Below are positions 17,893-26,799 of a stretch of DNA of 38,371 nt, piece after piece. The notes below the pieces were generated by a model. That model was not told where the DNA came from. It did not search any database and saw only the letters and a list, made by a program, of their open reading frames with translations. The translations under genes and the position numbers were made by a program. Location: sequence record SRR20825006_1479. One strand, given 5' to 3'. Positions within the stretch are counted from its first letter, which is position 1; every line of letters begins with the position of its first letter.

Positions 17893-17954
17893 ACCGAGAC
17901 GAAGCGAGCGCGCGTTTTACTTTGATGTAAAACGCGCGCTCGCTTCGTCTCGGT
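17893..17954. terminator. 28-bp perfect hairpin between convergent genes, probable bidirectional terminator
   Basis: ACCGAGACGAAGCGAGCGCGCGTTTTAC-TTTGAT-GTAAAACGCGCGCTCGCTTCGTCTCGGT, with an A run upstream. Confidence 0.7.
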
Positions 17955-17974
17955 TTCGTGTCGTGTGCCCGCGC

Positions 17975-18361
17975 TCAGGATGCCTGTGAGACTTGCTCCT
18001 CGAGCGCATTTTCGAGATCGACGATCTCGAAAGGTTTGGGCAAAAAGTTGTGACAGATGTCTGCGATCTCGGCGGTCTTGGCGCGCAGGTTCTGACCCGA
18101 AATCAGGATGCGCTTGACCCCGGGACGCTTCGCGCGCGCCCACACCAGAAAGTCGAGCCCGGTGAAGTCCGTGTTCATGCGGTAGTCGGCGACGATCGCG
18201 TTGATCTCATCGTTGTCTCGGAAGACCTGTTGCGCGAGCTTGACGTCATTGACCTGGATGATCGCGTGCCCCAGAGTCGTGATCATGTATGCGAGAGCAC
18301 ACGCGACCCGCGGCTCGTCTTCGAGGAGCAAGATTGTGGACGCCTTGGCGATCTTGGTCAT
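17975..18361 (-). CDS. Single-domain response regulator receiver (CheY-like)
   Basis: ILLLEDE, phosphoacceptor in AIVADYRM, TGLDFL, ILISG and FLPKPF motifs. Confidence 0.92.
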   Translation of the reverse strand: MTKIAKASTILLLEDEPRVACALAYMITTLGHAIIQVNDVKLAQQVFRDNDEINAIVADYRMNTDFTGLDFLVWARAKRPGVKRILISGQNLRAKTAEIADICHNFLPKPFEIVDLENALEEQVSQAS

Positions 18362-18637
18362 TGCGCAGACAAATCGTGAAGAGAAATGTGACTCGCGGGT
18401 GATTCGCGCGATGGTTCGAGTCGCGGATCAGACGAGAGGCCGCCCCTGAATATATTTTGGGGTTGAGAAGTTGTTCGAGCGCAGATGTCACACTGCCTTC
18501 GCACATTGTAAGATTAACCGAGTCAGGGTGAAATACAAGCCCTAACACGGCGGCTGTCCTTACAAAGACGCGTTTTCTAAAAGATTGCAGACGCTGCCCA
18601 CTTGTCTGTTTGTCCTCCCTGTTGGCCAGGTCCACGC

Positions 18638-21142
18638 ATGGAATTGTTACGCCCCACGCTCGCACTGCGCGCTTTCGACATCGCTCACGAGGCACTCCAG
18701 GCCCAGTGGGTCGCTGAAAACGAGGCTTACGTGCGCGAGCGAGTCCTCGCGCGCGCTCACGAGGACCTGACCCCATCCTCCATCGAAGAGGACGCCTGTC
18801 GCGCCTTGAAGCGCGCGCTCGGCAGGCATGAGAACCTGTTGTCAGGGTACGAGCACGCGCGCGCTCGCGCCTGGGCGAAACACCTCGACGCAGAGGAGCT
18901 GCGCGAGCTCTTGCTCGACTTTCTCCACGGTGAGGACTCGCTCCTCGAGCGCGCGCGGCGTTTCTTGAGCGCTGGCGAGTCGATAGACCTTGGCAAGAAC
19001 CGGGTCGCGAGCATCAACGAAACCGTGGCGAGCTACCTGCTCGCCATGGCGCACCCGGAGCTCTATGCTTTCGCAAAGCCCGAGAGCGCCTTTCAGCCCG
19101 CCTACCGGCTGCTCGTGTCCACCGATGGCGCGCGACTCCCCACGGGCCCCGAGCGCCTCGTGCTCGTGACCTCGTTCTACATGTCGCTGCGCGACCTCTG
19201 GTCTCAGGAGCGCGAGTTCGAGGGAGATCTGCTCGACGTGCACTCGCACCTGTTCTTGCTCGGCTCGGGGCGAGGCGCCTACGCTCCGTTCTCCTGGGCC
19301 CGCGCGGTCAGCGTCGAGGATGTCGCTTATTTTGTTTCACGTAGTGATGACGGCAAGCAGTGGTTCGAGCCCTTCGAGCGGGCTGGCGAGCAGATGCGCG
19401 AGATTTGCTTTGACTCCAATCGCCTCGAAGATCCCTTCCACGGGCTCGAGCTCGAAGACTACGCACACGTCTACGGCGGCGCCGCGCGTACGCTCGCCTG
19501 GATCTCCGAGTACGGCTCGCGCGACCTCGCCAGGTTGCAGCTCGACAGCGCGGATGCCTTCGGGATCTCGATGGGGAGCGACGGCGCATGGAGGATTCAA
19601 GGCGAGGATGGCGCCACGCGCGAGGAGGCCCAGGCCTTCTTCGAGACGCGCATCAAACCACGCCTGAAAGAGCTCACGCAGGTCGCGCGCGTGATGATGG
19701 ATCGCAGCGACGCCGTCGAGCTCGAATACCTCTCCACCGAACACTACCGCTCCCTCGATGGGAAGCTGCTGCTCCTCCTTTTGTGCGCCTACGATCCTGT
19801 CTGGGCTCATCGCTTCTCGGCCCCTGTGACGCGCGCCATCGAGATCGTGCGCCTCGCTGAACTCCTCTCCCTCGAGATCCCCGCGATCACCTCGTTCACC
19901 GACTACCTCGCCGCGCAGAGCGCGATCACGAGCGCGATGGGATCGAGCGAGGGCGAGACCTGCGCGGTCGGATCACTCGTGATGTGGACGCGCGAGGACC
20001 CCTTGGGGAGGATGCTCGTCGCCTACCTCGACGTGGCCGATGAGGATGGCGAGGTCGAGCGCACCATCGCCGAGCAGGAGCGCGAGGCTGATCGCATCGA
20101 GCAGGAGCGAGAAGAGGGCGAGGCGCCTGGCGAGCGCGAGGAGATCCCTTCCCCCGAGGTCGCCGCGAGGTTCTCCAGGGATGCCTGGGATTCTTTCATC
20201 GAGACCCTGTCCAACCCACGACAGGAGCGTTTGGCGAGGTTGCTGCGCGCCAGAAAGAACGTCGTTTTGTATGGACCTCCCGGGACCGGGAAGACTGTCC
20301 TCTCGACGCGACTCGGGGTCGCGTGGGGTCGGTGGCAGGCGGACGAGCATCACGACGCGCCGAGCGTCGAGCAGGTCACCTTCCACCCCTCCTATGGTTA
20401 CGAGGAGTTCGTCGAGGGATTCCGCCCTGTGCCCGAGCGTCCTGGCGAGTTCGAGCTGCGCGATGGCCTGCTGGTCAAGCTCGCCGAGCGCGCCGAGCGC
20501 GCTCCAGAGCGTCAGTTCCTCTTGCTCATCGACGAACTCAACCGCGGCGATGTGGCGCGGATCTTCGGCGAGCTGATCACCTTGATCGAGGCGGACAAGC
20601 GCTCGCCGGAGCACGCCAGGCGCAGGATGCTGTCGCAGCGATCCTTCTGGATGCCGCCAAACCTGCATGTGTTGGCGACCATGAACACCGCCGATAAGAG
20701 CATCTCCTTGCTCGATGTCGCCGTGCGTCGCCGCTTCGCGTTCGAGCAAGTCGCGCCAGAGCCAGGTTTACTCGACAGAGAGCCGGGCCTCGTCAGAGAG
20801 GTGCAGGGGGTTTATCTCTCGGCGCTGCTCGAGGCGTTTAACACGCGGCTCTCTCAAATCGGGATCTACCCCGAGCGGTGGCTCGGGCACTCCTTCCTGT
20901 GGATCGACGAGCGCGACGTCGAGGACCCGTTGCTCGCGCTGTCGAGGCGCATTCGCCTCGATATCATCCCCCTGATCGAAGAGTACTGTTACTCGGACCG
21001 GCGCCAGATGCGCGAGGTCCTCGGAGAGCTCGTCGATCGGCAAGGTCAACCGAACGATGCATTGCTCGAGTCGAACCGGCTCGTGGGGGCGTTGCGCGAG
21101 TTGATCGAGCAGGTCGAGCGAGAGGGTGAAGATCCGACGTGA
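18638..21142 (+). CDS. mcrB: McrB-like AAA+ GTPase of a type IV (modification-dependent) restriction system, with long N-terminal region
   Basis: KNVVLYGPPGTGKT, VTFHPSYGYEEFVEG, LLIDELNRG, IFGELITLIE, ATMNTADKSI and AVRRRF motifs. Confidence 0.93.
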   Translation: MELLRPTLALRAFDIAHEALQAQWVAENEAYVRERVLARAHEDLTPSSIEEDACRALKRALGRHENLLSGYEHARARAWAKHLDAEELRELLLDFLHGEDSLLERARRFLSAGESIDLGKNRVASINETVASYLLAMAHPELYAFAKPESAFQPAYRLLVSTDGARLPTGPERLVLVTSFYMSLRDLWSQEREFEGDLLDVHSHLFLLGSGRGAYAPFSWARAVSVEDVAYFVSRSDDGKQWFEPFERAGEQMREICFDSNRLEDPFHGLELEDYAHVYGGAARTLAWISEYGSRDLARLQLDSADAFGISMGSDGAWRIQGEDGATREEAQAFFETRIKPRLKELTQVARVMMDRSDAVELEYLSTEHYRSLDGKLLLLLLCAYDPVWAHRFSAPVTRAIEIVRLAELLSLEIPAITSFTDYLAAQSAITSAMGSSEGETCAVGSLVMWTREDPLGRMLVAYLDVADEDGEVERTIAEQEREADRIEQEREEGEAPGEREEIPSPEVAARFSRDAWDSFIETLSNPRQERLARLLRARKNVVLYGPPGTGKTVLSTRLGVAWGRWQADEHHDAPSVEQVTFHPSYGYEEFVEGFRPVPERPGEFELRDGLLVKLAERAERAPERQFLLLIDELNRGDVARIFGELITLIEADKRSPEHARRRMLSQRSFWMPPNLHVLATMNTADKSISLLDVAVRRRFAFEQVAPEPGLLDREPGLVREVQGVYLSALLEAFNTRLSQIGIYPERWLGHSFLWIDERDVEDPLLALSRRIRLDIIPLIEEYCYSDRRQMREVLGELVDRQGQPNDALLESNRLVGALRELIEQVEREGEDPT

Positions 21143-22368
21143 TGGAGCTCACGCTGAGAGAGTGGGGGGAGGAGGTCGTCGAGGCCCGCGCGCTGGAGCG
21201 CGCTGCGCGCCGCGGCATCGAGGAGGTCGCGCGCAGGTTGCTCCCGTTCGTGCGCATCTCACCGGAGTTCTCTGGCAAGGTGCGCGTGAGCGCGACGCGC
21301 AAGGTCGGCGAGGCGCAGCTCGGCGAGTTGTTTGTGCGCGTGGAGCCCCATATCGAGGTCGGCTCGATGGTGGAGTTGTTGGCGTGGCTGACGCGGGGCA
21401 GGGTGCATTTGCTCGAGACGGCGCTCGGCGCGACGAGCAAGCGCGCGTTCTCCCTGCGAATTGCTGTCGCGGCGGGATTTGTCATCGCCACAGAGGAGCT
21501 CCTGCGTGGCGAGGTTCACCGCAGCTACGCGCGACGCCAGGAGCGCCTGTTGGTGCTTCGTGGCAGGCCCGACTTCGCGCGATTGGGGGAGGGGCCGTCT
21601 GCGGTCGGGATTCCCTGTCGATACCTCGAGTTATCGCGTGATACGGCGCCGAATCGAGCGTTGGCCGCGGGCGCCAACGAGGCGCTGGGGTTGTTGTCCG
21701 AGACGCGCTTTGAAGGGAGCGCGCGGCAGGTGGTGCGAGCGCTCGCGCAGCTGGTGACGCGCCCGATGGGCAGAGCGCAGGACTTTGCCAGAGCTCGCGA
21801 TGAGATCGGACACCGGCACGAGGCCTATCACGCGGTGCTGGATCTCGCGCAGATGCTGCTGCTCGGGGGAGGGCCTGTCAGCGTGGTCGGCAAGGGTGGG
21901 ATGAGCGGTTGGTGGATCGACATGCCCGCGCTGTTCGAGCGCGCCGTGATCGAGGCGGTGCAACGGTGGGCGGATCGCAAGGGGTGGCGAACGCGCGCGC
22001 AGCCAAGGCACAGAGGCGCGATCCTCGACGCGAACCTCGAGCTCTACCAGGAGATTCGCCCTGATCTCGAGGTCGTCGACGCGGATGGCCAGGTGCTGGC
22101 GCTCATCGACGCCAAATACAAGGCATACTTGCGTCCGGGGGATGGCCCGGAGGAGGTCTCCCGCAAGGTCGACCGACAGGACCTCTACCAGCTCGCGTTT
22201 TATGGCGCGAGCGCGCCGGAGGCGAGGTTGTTTCTGGTGGCTCCTTCAGAACCTGGAGCGCTTATCCCCGAGCGTTATCGCACGCTTCACATGCATGATC
22301 GTGAGCTTCAGATCCGAGGCTTGCCGCTCGCAGGTCTTCCCGCGAAAGGGGAGCTCGCGTTGTGGTAG
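21139..22368 (+). CDS. mcrC: McrC-like PD-(D/E)XK nuclease subunit
   Basis: 4-nt overlap with mcrB; LRGRPD, DTAPNRAL, IDMPALFE, IRPDL, LIDAKYK and DLYQLAFY motifs. Confidence 0.9.
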   Translation: MMELTLREWGEEVVEARALERAARRGIEEVARRLLPFVRISPEFSGKVRVSATRKVGEAQLGELFVRVEPHIEVGSMVELLAWLTRGRVHLLETALGATSKRAFSLRIAVAAGFVIATEELLRGEVHRSYARRQERLLVLRGRPDFARLGEGPSAVGIPCRYLELSRDTAPNRALAAGANEALGLLSETRFEGSARQVVRALAQLVTRPMGRAQDFARARDEIGHRHEAYHAVLDLAQMLLLGGGPVSVVGKGGMSGWWIDMPALFERAVIEAVQRWADRKGWRTRAQPRHRGAILDANLELYQEIRPDLEVVDADGQVLALIDAKYKAYLRPGDGPEEVSRKVDRQDLYQLAFYGASAPEARLFLVAPSEPGALIPERYRTLHMHDRELQIRGLPLAGLPAKGELALW

Positions 22369-22461
22369 GCTCGGGTGTTTTTGATAGTTTGTTTTGACAT
22401 AATTCTTTAGGCCAAAGGATCTTGATTTCACCGTTTTCGGTCATCGAGTGTGTACCACCGA

Positions 22462-22560
22462 CGGTGGCCAGAACCATGCCCGGCAACTTTTTTGATCCCC
22501 GGTTTGATCGAGCGATGCCCATCAGCAAAAAAGTTGCCGGGCATGGTTCTGAGCGAGGCG
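22462..22560. repeat. 99-nt palindromic intergenic element, copy B
   Basis: Perfect 26-bp inverted repeat (22469-22494 / 22526-22551) around a 31-nt core; same flanks as 9681-9779. Confidence 0.85.
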
Positions 22561-22704
22561 AGGCGCGAACCTCTCATAAACAGATGACATCGTGTGTGGT
22601 TTGCGCTATCGATACGCTCGTCAAACTGTTGATGATTCTGATGATCTTGTTCGAGCGGAGGCGTTCATCTTCGCTCACCATAGCTATGATTCGAGGTATT
22701 GGTG

Positions 22705-24381
22705 ATGAAACGATTCGTGAAGTTTGGTCTCGCGACCGCATGTTGTCTCGCGCTCGGGTGTGGCCCCGCTGGTGATGATGGGACGCAAAACCCCGACGGG
22801 TCCAACGCCAACGGCAAGGCAGACGCGCCCAACGCGAGCGCGAACAACGAAGCCGCGACCTCGCCATCGCTTTGTGTCGGCGTCCGCGGCAACGGCTCGC
22901 GAATCTTTGCTCACTTTGGCGCCATGGCTCGTATTCACGAGCACTATGGCACGATCGAGGGCGTCTCCGGTGGCTCATCGGCCTCCATCACGAGCTTCTT
23001 GACCGAGAGCATGTACGCCAACTCCGTCGTGCGCGAATGCGGCGACGAGCGATGCTCGGACGAGGTCACGGGGTTGCGAATCTCGTTGATGTTCAAGTCG
23101 ATCGAGGCTTACCTCGGTTTGCTCGGCATGACCGACGAAGCGCTCGCATTCCAGCAGCTTCTCCCGATCATCGAGGCGATCAAGGCCGAGGGGATCGGCG
23201 AGCTCGTCGAGCAGGAGAAGTACGACCAGGCGAGCGAGGCGTTGCGCACGATCCTCTCCTCGGACGAGCTGCGAGCGTTGGTCAACCCCGAGGTGCTCGA
23301 GCTCCTCTCGACCTCTCCTGACGCGAGCTTCCACGTGGATGACCTCTACACGGCGGTCTCCGGCTTCGGTTCTTTCGCCGTCGATTCGGATCGCGTGTTG
23401 ATTCGCCCTGGCTTGCTCTCCTTCGAAGCATTCGCCGAGAAGATCGGTCGCATCGGCTCGTTTTACGCGGCCTTTGGCCCCGCCGACGAGGTCGCCTGGC
23501 AGAGCTTCTTCGAGGAGTGCGCGCCAGGTTCGCGCGGACTCCCCTGGTCCGAGATCAGCAAGGTCCAGATGCAGGATGGCGGCACGTGCGGCGAGCACTT
23601 TGGCGAGATGGCCCAGACCTGGCGTGGCGAGCTGCTCGCCAACGAGGCAGGCTTCGCGTCGCGCATCGACGATCCTGTCGGCAAGTACCTCCCCGCGCTC
23701 GTGACCACCTCGGTGATCACTGGCGATGCCGTCGAGCAGTTCAAGAGCGCGCGCAGCGAGTACAACAACGCCAGAGAGTACACCTTCGACGTCTCCTACG
23801 ATGACGTCCAGATCGCCTACTGGGGCCAGCAGGCAGACCTCGACCGCGTCGAGAAGAACCCGATGGGATATCAGGATCTCAAGACGCAGAAGTTCATGTC
23901 GCTCGGTCCAAAGCCTTATCGCGAGGCGCTCTCGCTCTCGCCAGCGGAGCCTGGGCTGGCGCGCGCGATCGAGATCTCTGAAACGGTCGTCTCCACGGGA
24001 GGTTGGTCAGATCTCGAGCCCTCGTTGGTCCTCAAGAATCTTGGCTGCGAGCAGGTCATCGTGATCACTCGCCAGGGGAGCACGGTCGGGTTTGGCGCAG
24101 ACGTATCACGCCAGCTCGGCATGACCGACGAGGAGAACGCGCAGATGTTCGATCCGAGCAACCCCGAGAGCTCGGTGGCTGTCTCGCTCGAGGCTGCCGA
24201 TGGCATCTGGTGCACGAACTGGGATGGTGTCGAAGGGTTCGACTTCGCAGGAGCCTACGCCGACGCTTACCTCGCGCCGCTGCAAACCACCTCCGATTAC
24301 CTCACCGGCGCCAAGGGCGCCTACAGCAACATCTCGCCATCGCTCGATCTCGTCGGCTGTACGGCAGGTGTTGGCGAGTGA
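22705..24381 (+). CDS. Lipoprotein, divergent patatin-like hydrolase (putative)
   Basis: Lipobox ALGC, GKAD linker; VGVRGNGSRIFAHFG and VSGGSSAS resemble the patatin Gly-rich and nucleophile-elbow motifs. Confidence 0.6.
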   Translation: MKRFVKFGLATACCLALGCGPAGDDGTQNPDGSNANGKADAPNASANNEAATSPSLCVGVRGNGSRIFAHFGAMARIHEHYGTIEGVSGGSSASITSFLTESMYANSVVRECGDERCSDEVTGLRISLMFKSIEAYLGLLGMTDEALAFQQLLPIIEAIKAEGIGELVEQEKYDQASEALRTILSSDELRALVNPEVLELLSTSPDASFHVDDLYTAVSGFGSFAVDSDRVLIRPGLLSFEAFAEKIGRIGSFYAAFGPADEVAWQSFFEECAPGSRGLPWSEISKVQMQDGGTCGEHFGEMAQTWRGELLANEAGFASRIDDPVGKYLPALVTTSVITGDAVEQFKSARSEYNNAREYTFDVSYDDVQIAYWGQQADLDRVEKNPMGYQDLKTQKFMSLGPKPYREALSLSPAEPGLARAIEISETVVSTGGWSDLEPSLVLKNLGCEQVIVITRQGSTVGFGADVSRQLGMTDEENAQMFDPSNPESSVAVSLEAADGIWCTNWDGVEGFDFAGAYADAYLAPLQTTSDYLTGAKGAYSNISPSLDLVGCTAGVGE

Positions 24382-24411
24382 TCCTGGCAGGTCGCCCCTG
24401 ATATCCGAATG

Positions 24412-25035
24412 TCAGGGGCGATCAGTCGCGTCCTTCGAGGGCCTCAGATAGAGCGCCACGGAGTTGACGCAGTAACGCAACCCCGTCGGTTGCGGCCCAT
24501 CATTGAAAACATGCCCCAGGTGCCCATCGCAATGGGCGCACAGGACCTCGGTGCGCTCCATGTTGTAGCGAGGGTCCGGGCGCGTGATCACGCGCTCGGG
24601 ATGCACGGGTTGCCAGAACGAAGGCCACCCGGTCTTCGAGTTGAACTTCGTGCCCGACGCGAACAGTGGGTTGTTACAGGCGGCGCAGTGATACACGCCC
24701 GCTGTCTTGACCTTGAGGTATGCTCCGGTCCACGGGTCTTCGGTGTCCGCTTCTCGCAAGATCTTGTACTGCAACTCCGACAGCCGCTTCTTCCACTCCG
24801 CGTTGTCCACCTCGAGCTTACTTCCGAGCGCCGGGATGGAATTGGTGGGCGGGGGGGGTTGTGGTGTTGTGCGTTTGGGTCTTGGCTTGCGCGCACCCGT
24901 ACCACCAGTCGCGTTGCCTCCTGCGATGTTGGCTTGCGCGAGGTTTGGATCGGCTACCGTTGGAACCTCACATCCCACGATCAAGCAGGCGGGTGAGAGC
25001 AGCGTCCACGAGAGAAATTTTCGACGATCGAACAT
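24412..25035 (-). CDS. msrB: Peptide methionine-R-sulfoxide reductase with Tat/lipoprotein signal
   Basis: DRRKFL twin-Arg signal and IVGC; GVYHCAAC, KFNSKTGWPSF, RTEVLCAHCDGHLGHVFNDGP and GLRYCVNS motifs. Confidence 0.95.
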   Translation of the reverse strand: MFDRRKFLSWTLLSPACLIVGCEVPTVADPNLAQANIAGGNATGGTGARKPRPKRTTPQPPPPTNSIPALGSKLEVDNAEWKKRLSELQYKILREADTEDPWTGAYLKVKTAGVYHCAACNNPLFASGTKFNSKTGWPSFWQPVHPERVITRPDPRYNMERTEVLCAHCDGHLGHVFNDGPQPTGLRYCVNSVALYLRPSKDATDRP

Positions 25036-25184
25036 CTCGAGCCTCCTGCCTGAATTGACTCCCGCACAGGAGCGCCGTGTGGCGTTTGTCAGACCTCTTG
25101 AATCGAAAACACATCACCAGTCATAGACAATTTCAGCGACGTGGCCAAGTATGCTGCCTCGGATGATGAGATGAAGGAGCTTGA

Positions 25185-25643
25185 ATGAAGCAGAAAGTAG
25201 TCGCGATATTATTCGGAGGGCAGGGCGCCAGCGCTCGCGCAGGAGACATCGGCTTGCTCTTGATGCGCCTGATCTTCGGGTTGACGATGGCGTTCGCGCA
25301 CGGGGCAAAGAAAGTCCCGCCAGCTGATGGCTTCATCGCTGGTGTCGAATCGATGGGCTTTCCACTGCCCGAATTTTTCGCGTGGTCTGCCGGGCTCGCC
25401 GAGTTCGCCGGCGGGTTTCTTATCGCCATCGGGCTAACCAGCCGACCTGCGGCGTTCTTTCTCTTACAGACGATGCTCGTTGCCGTGTTCATTCGCCACG
25501 GCGAGGACCCCTTCAAGAAACAAGAGATGGGGTTGCTCTATGGCACGTTTTCGCTCGGGATTCTGTTGATGGGGTCGGGCCGCTTTAGCCTGGATTATCT
25601 CATCCGCAACAAACTCGGCGCCCGAAAAACTGATGCGAAATAG
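25185..25643 (+). CDS. DoxX family membrane protein
   Basis: GLLLMRLIFG...HGAKK, AEFAGG..IAIGLTSR and GSGRFSLD motifs. Confidence 0.92.
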   Translation: MKQKVVAILFGGQGASARAGDIGLLLMRLIFGLTMAFAHGAKKVPPADGFIAGVESMGFPLPEFFAWSAGLAEFAGGFLIAIGLTSRPAAFFLLQTMLVAVFIRHGEDPFKKQEMGLLYGTFSLGILLMGSGRFSLDYLIRNKLGARKTDAK

Positions 25644-25737
25644 ACTTTGTTTGTCGGCCACTTCACAAGTATGCTGCGCCGATACCTGAACCCCTGGGTT
25701 CACACAACATGCTCTCGAGACAATGAGGAAATAGAAT

Positions 25738-26775
25738 ATGAGTTACCATACAACATCCCGCACTCGTTGGTTTGCAGGGGTGCTCGCCATGGGCGCGGTC
25801 GCGCTCTCGCTCGGCTGTCAGCAACCCGCCAAGAAGGCAAAGACGCCCGAGGCCGATGCTCCTACTGACACGACCGCCAAGGCGGACGCCCCCGCTGGCG
25901 ACACCGCGGCGTGCGAGAAGTACCAGAAGTCCTTCTGCGAGGCCGCGGGCGCGCAGTCCCAGGCGTGTCAATCGATGGGCGTGGTCTCTGGCTTGATGCC
26001 TCCGGCTGCCTGTGAGGCTGGCCTCAAGGATCTCGAGTACACCAAGAAGCAGGTGGCCGAGATGGGCAAGAAGTGTAAGGAGCTCGAGCAGCGCCTTTGC
26101 GCTGACCTCGGCCCGGACACCCCGACCTGCAAGATGGTTCGCGAGCGCACGCCGATGTTCCCACCAGAGCAGTGCGTGGCGATGCTCGGTCAGTACGACA
26201 AGGTCCTCGCCGAGCTCAAGGCCGAGGAGGAGAAGAACAAGCCTCTCACCGCCGAACTTCGCGCCAAGATCGAGGGCGCTGACGCGGCGAGCTGGGGTCC
26301 TGCTGACGCCAAGGTCACCATCGTCGAGTTCTCCGATTTCCAGTGTCCTTACTGCACGCGCGCCGCGCAGGCTGTCGACCAGCTCAAGGAGCAGTACAAA
26401 GGAAAGAGCGTCCGCGTGGTCTTCCGCCACTTCCCGCTCTCCTTCCACAAGGACGCGCACCTGACCGCGCAGGCATCGCTCGCGGCAAAAGAGCAGGGCA
26501 AGTTCTGGGAGTTCCACGACCTCGTCTTCAAGAACCAGAAGGCGCTCTCCAGAGCAGATCTCGAGAAGTACGCGCAGGAAGCTGGTCTGGATATGGCCAA
26601 GTTCAAGGCCGCGCTCGACTCGGGTAAGTACAAGGCCGCTGTGGATGCGGATATGGCGCTCGGTGGCCAGGTCTACGTCCAGGGCACCCCGACGATGTTC
26701 ATCAATGGCGAGCGCGTCCCGAACCCGACCGCGTTCGAGGCGTTCAAGCCGATGGTCGACTCTCGCCTCCAGTGA
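25738..26775 (+). CDS. DsbA/thioredoxin-like lipoprotein with N-terminal Cys-rich tandem repeat
   Basis: Lipobox SLGC; GPADAKVTIVEFSDFQCPYC, FRHFPLSFH and GTPTMFING motifs. Confidence 0.92.
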   Translation: MSYHTTSRTRWFAGVLAMGAVALSLGCQQPAKKAKTPEADAPTDTTAKADAPAGDTAACEKYQKSFCEAAGAQSQACQSMGVVSGLMPPAACEAGLKDLEYTKKQVAEMGKKCKELEQRLCADLGPDTPTCKMVRERTPMFPPEQCVAMLGQYDKVLAELKAEEEKNKPLTAELRAKIEGADAASWGPADAKVTIVEFSDFQCPYCTRAAQAVDQLKEQYKGKSVRVVFRHFPLSFHKDAHLTAQASLAAKEQGKFWEFHDLVFKNQKALSRADLEKYAQEAGLDMAKFKAALDSGKYKAAVDADMALGGQVYVQGTPTMFINGERVPNPTAFEAFKPMVDSRLQ

Positions 26776-26799
26776 GCGCGATCAGTTAAGAACAACCGC

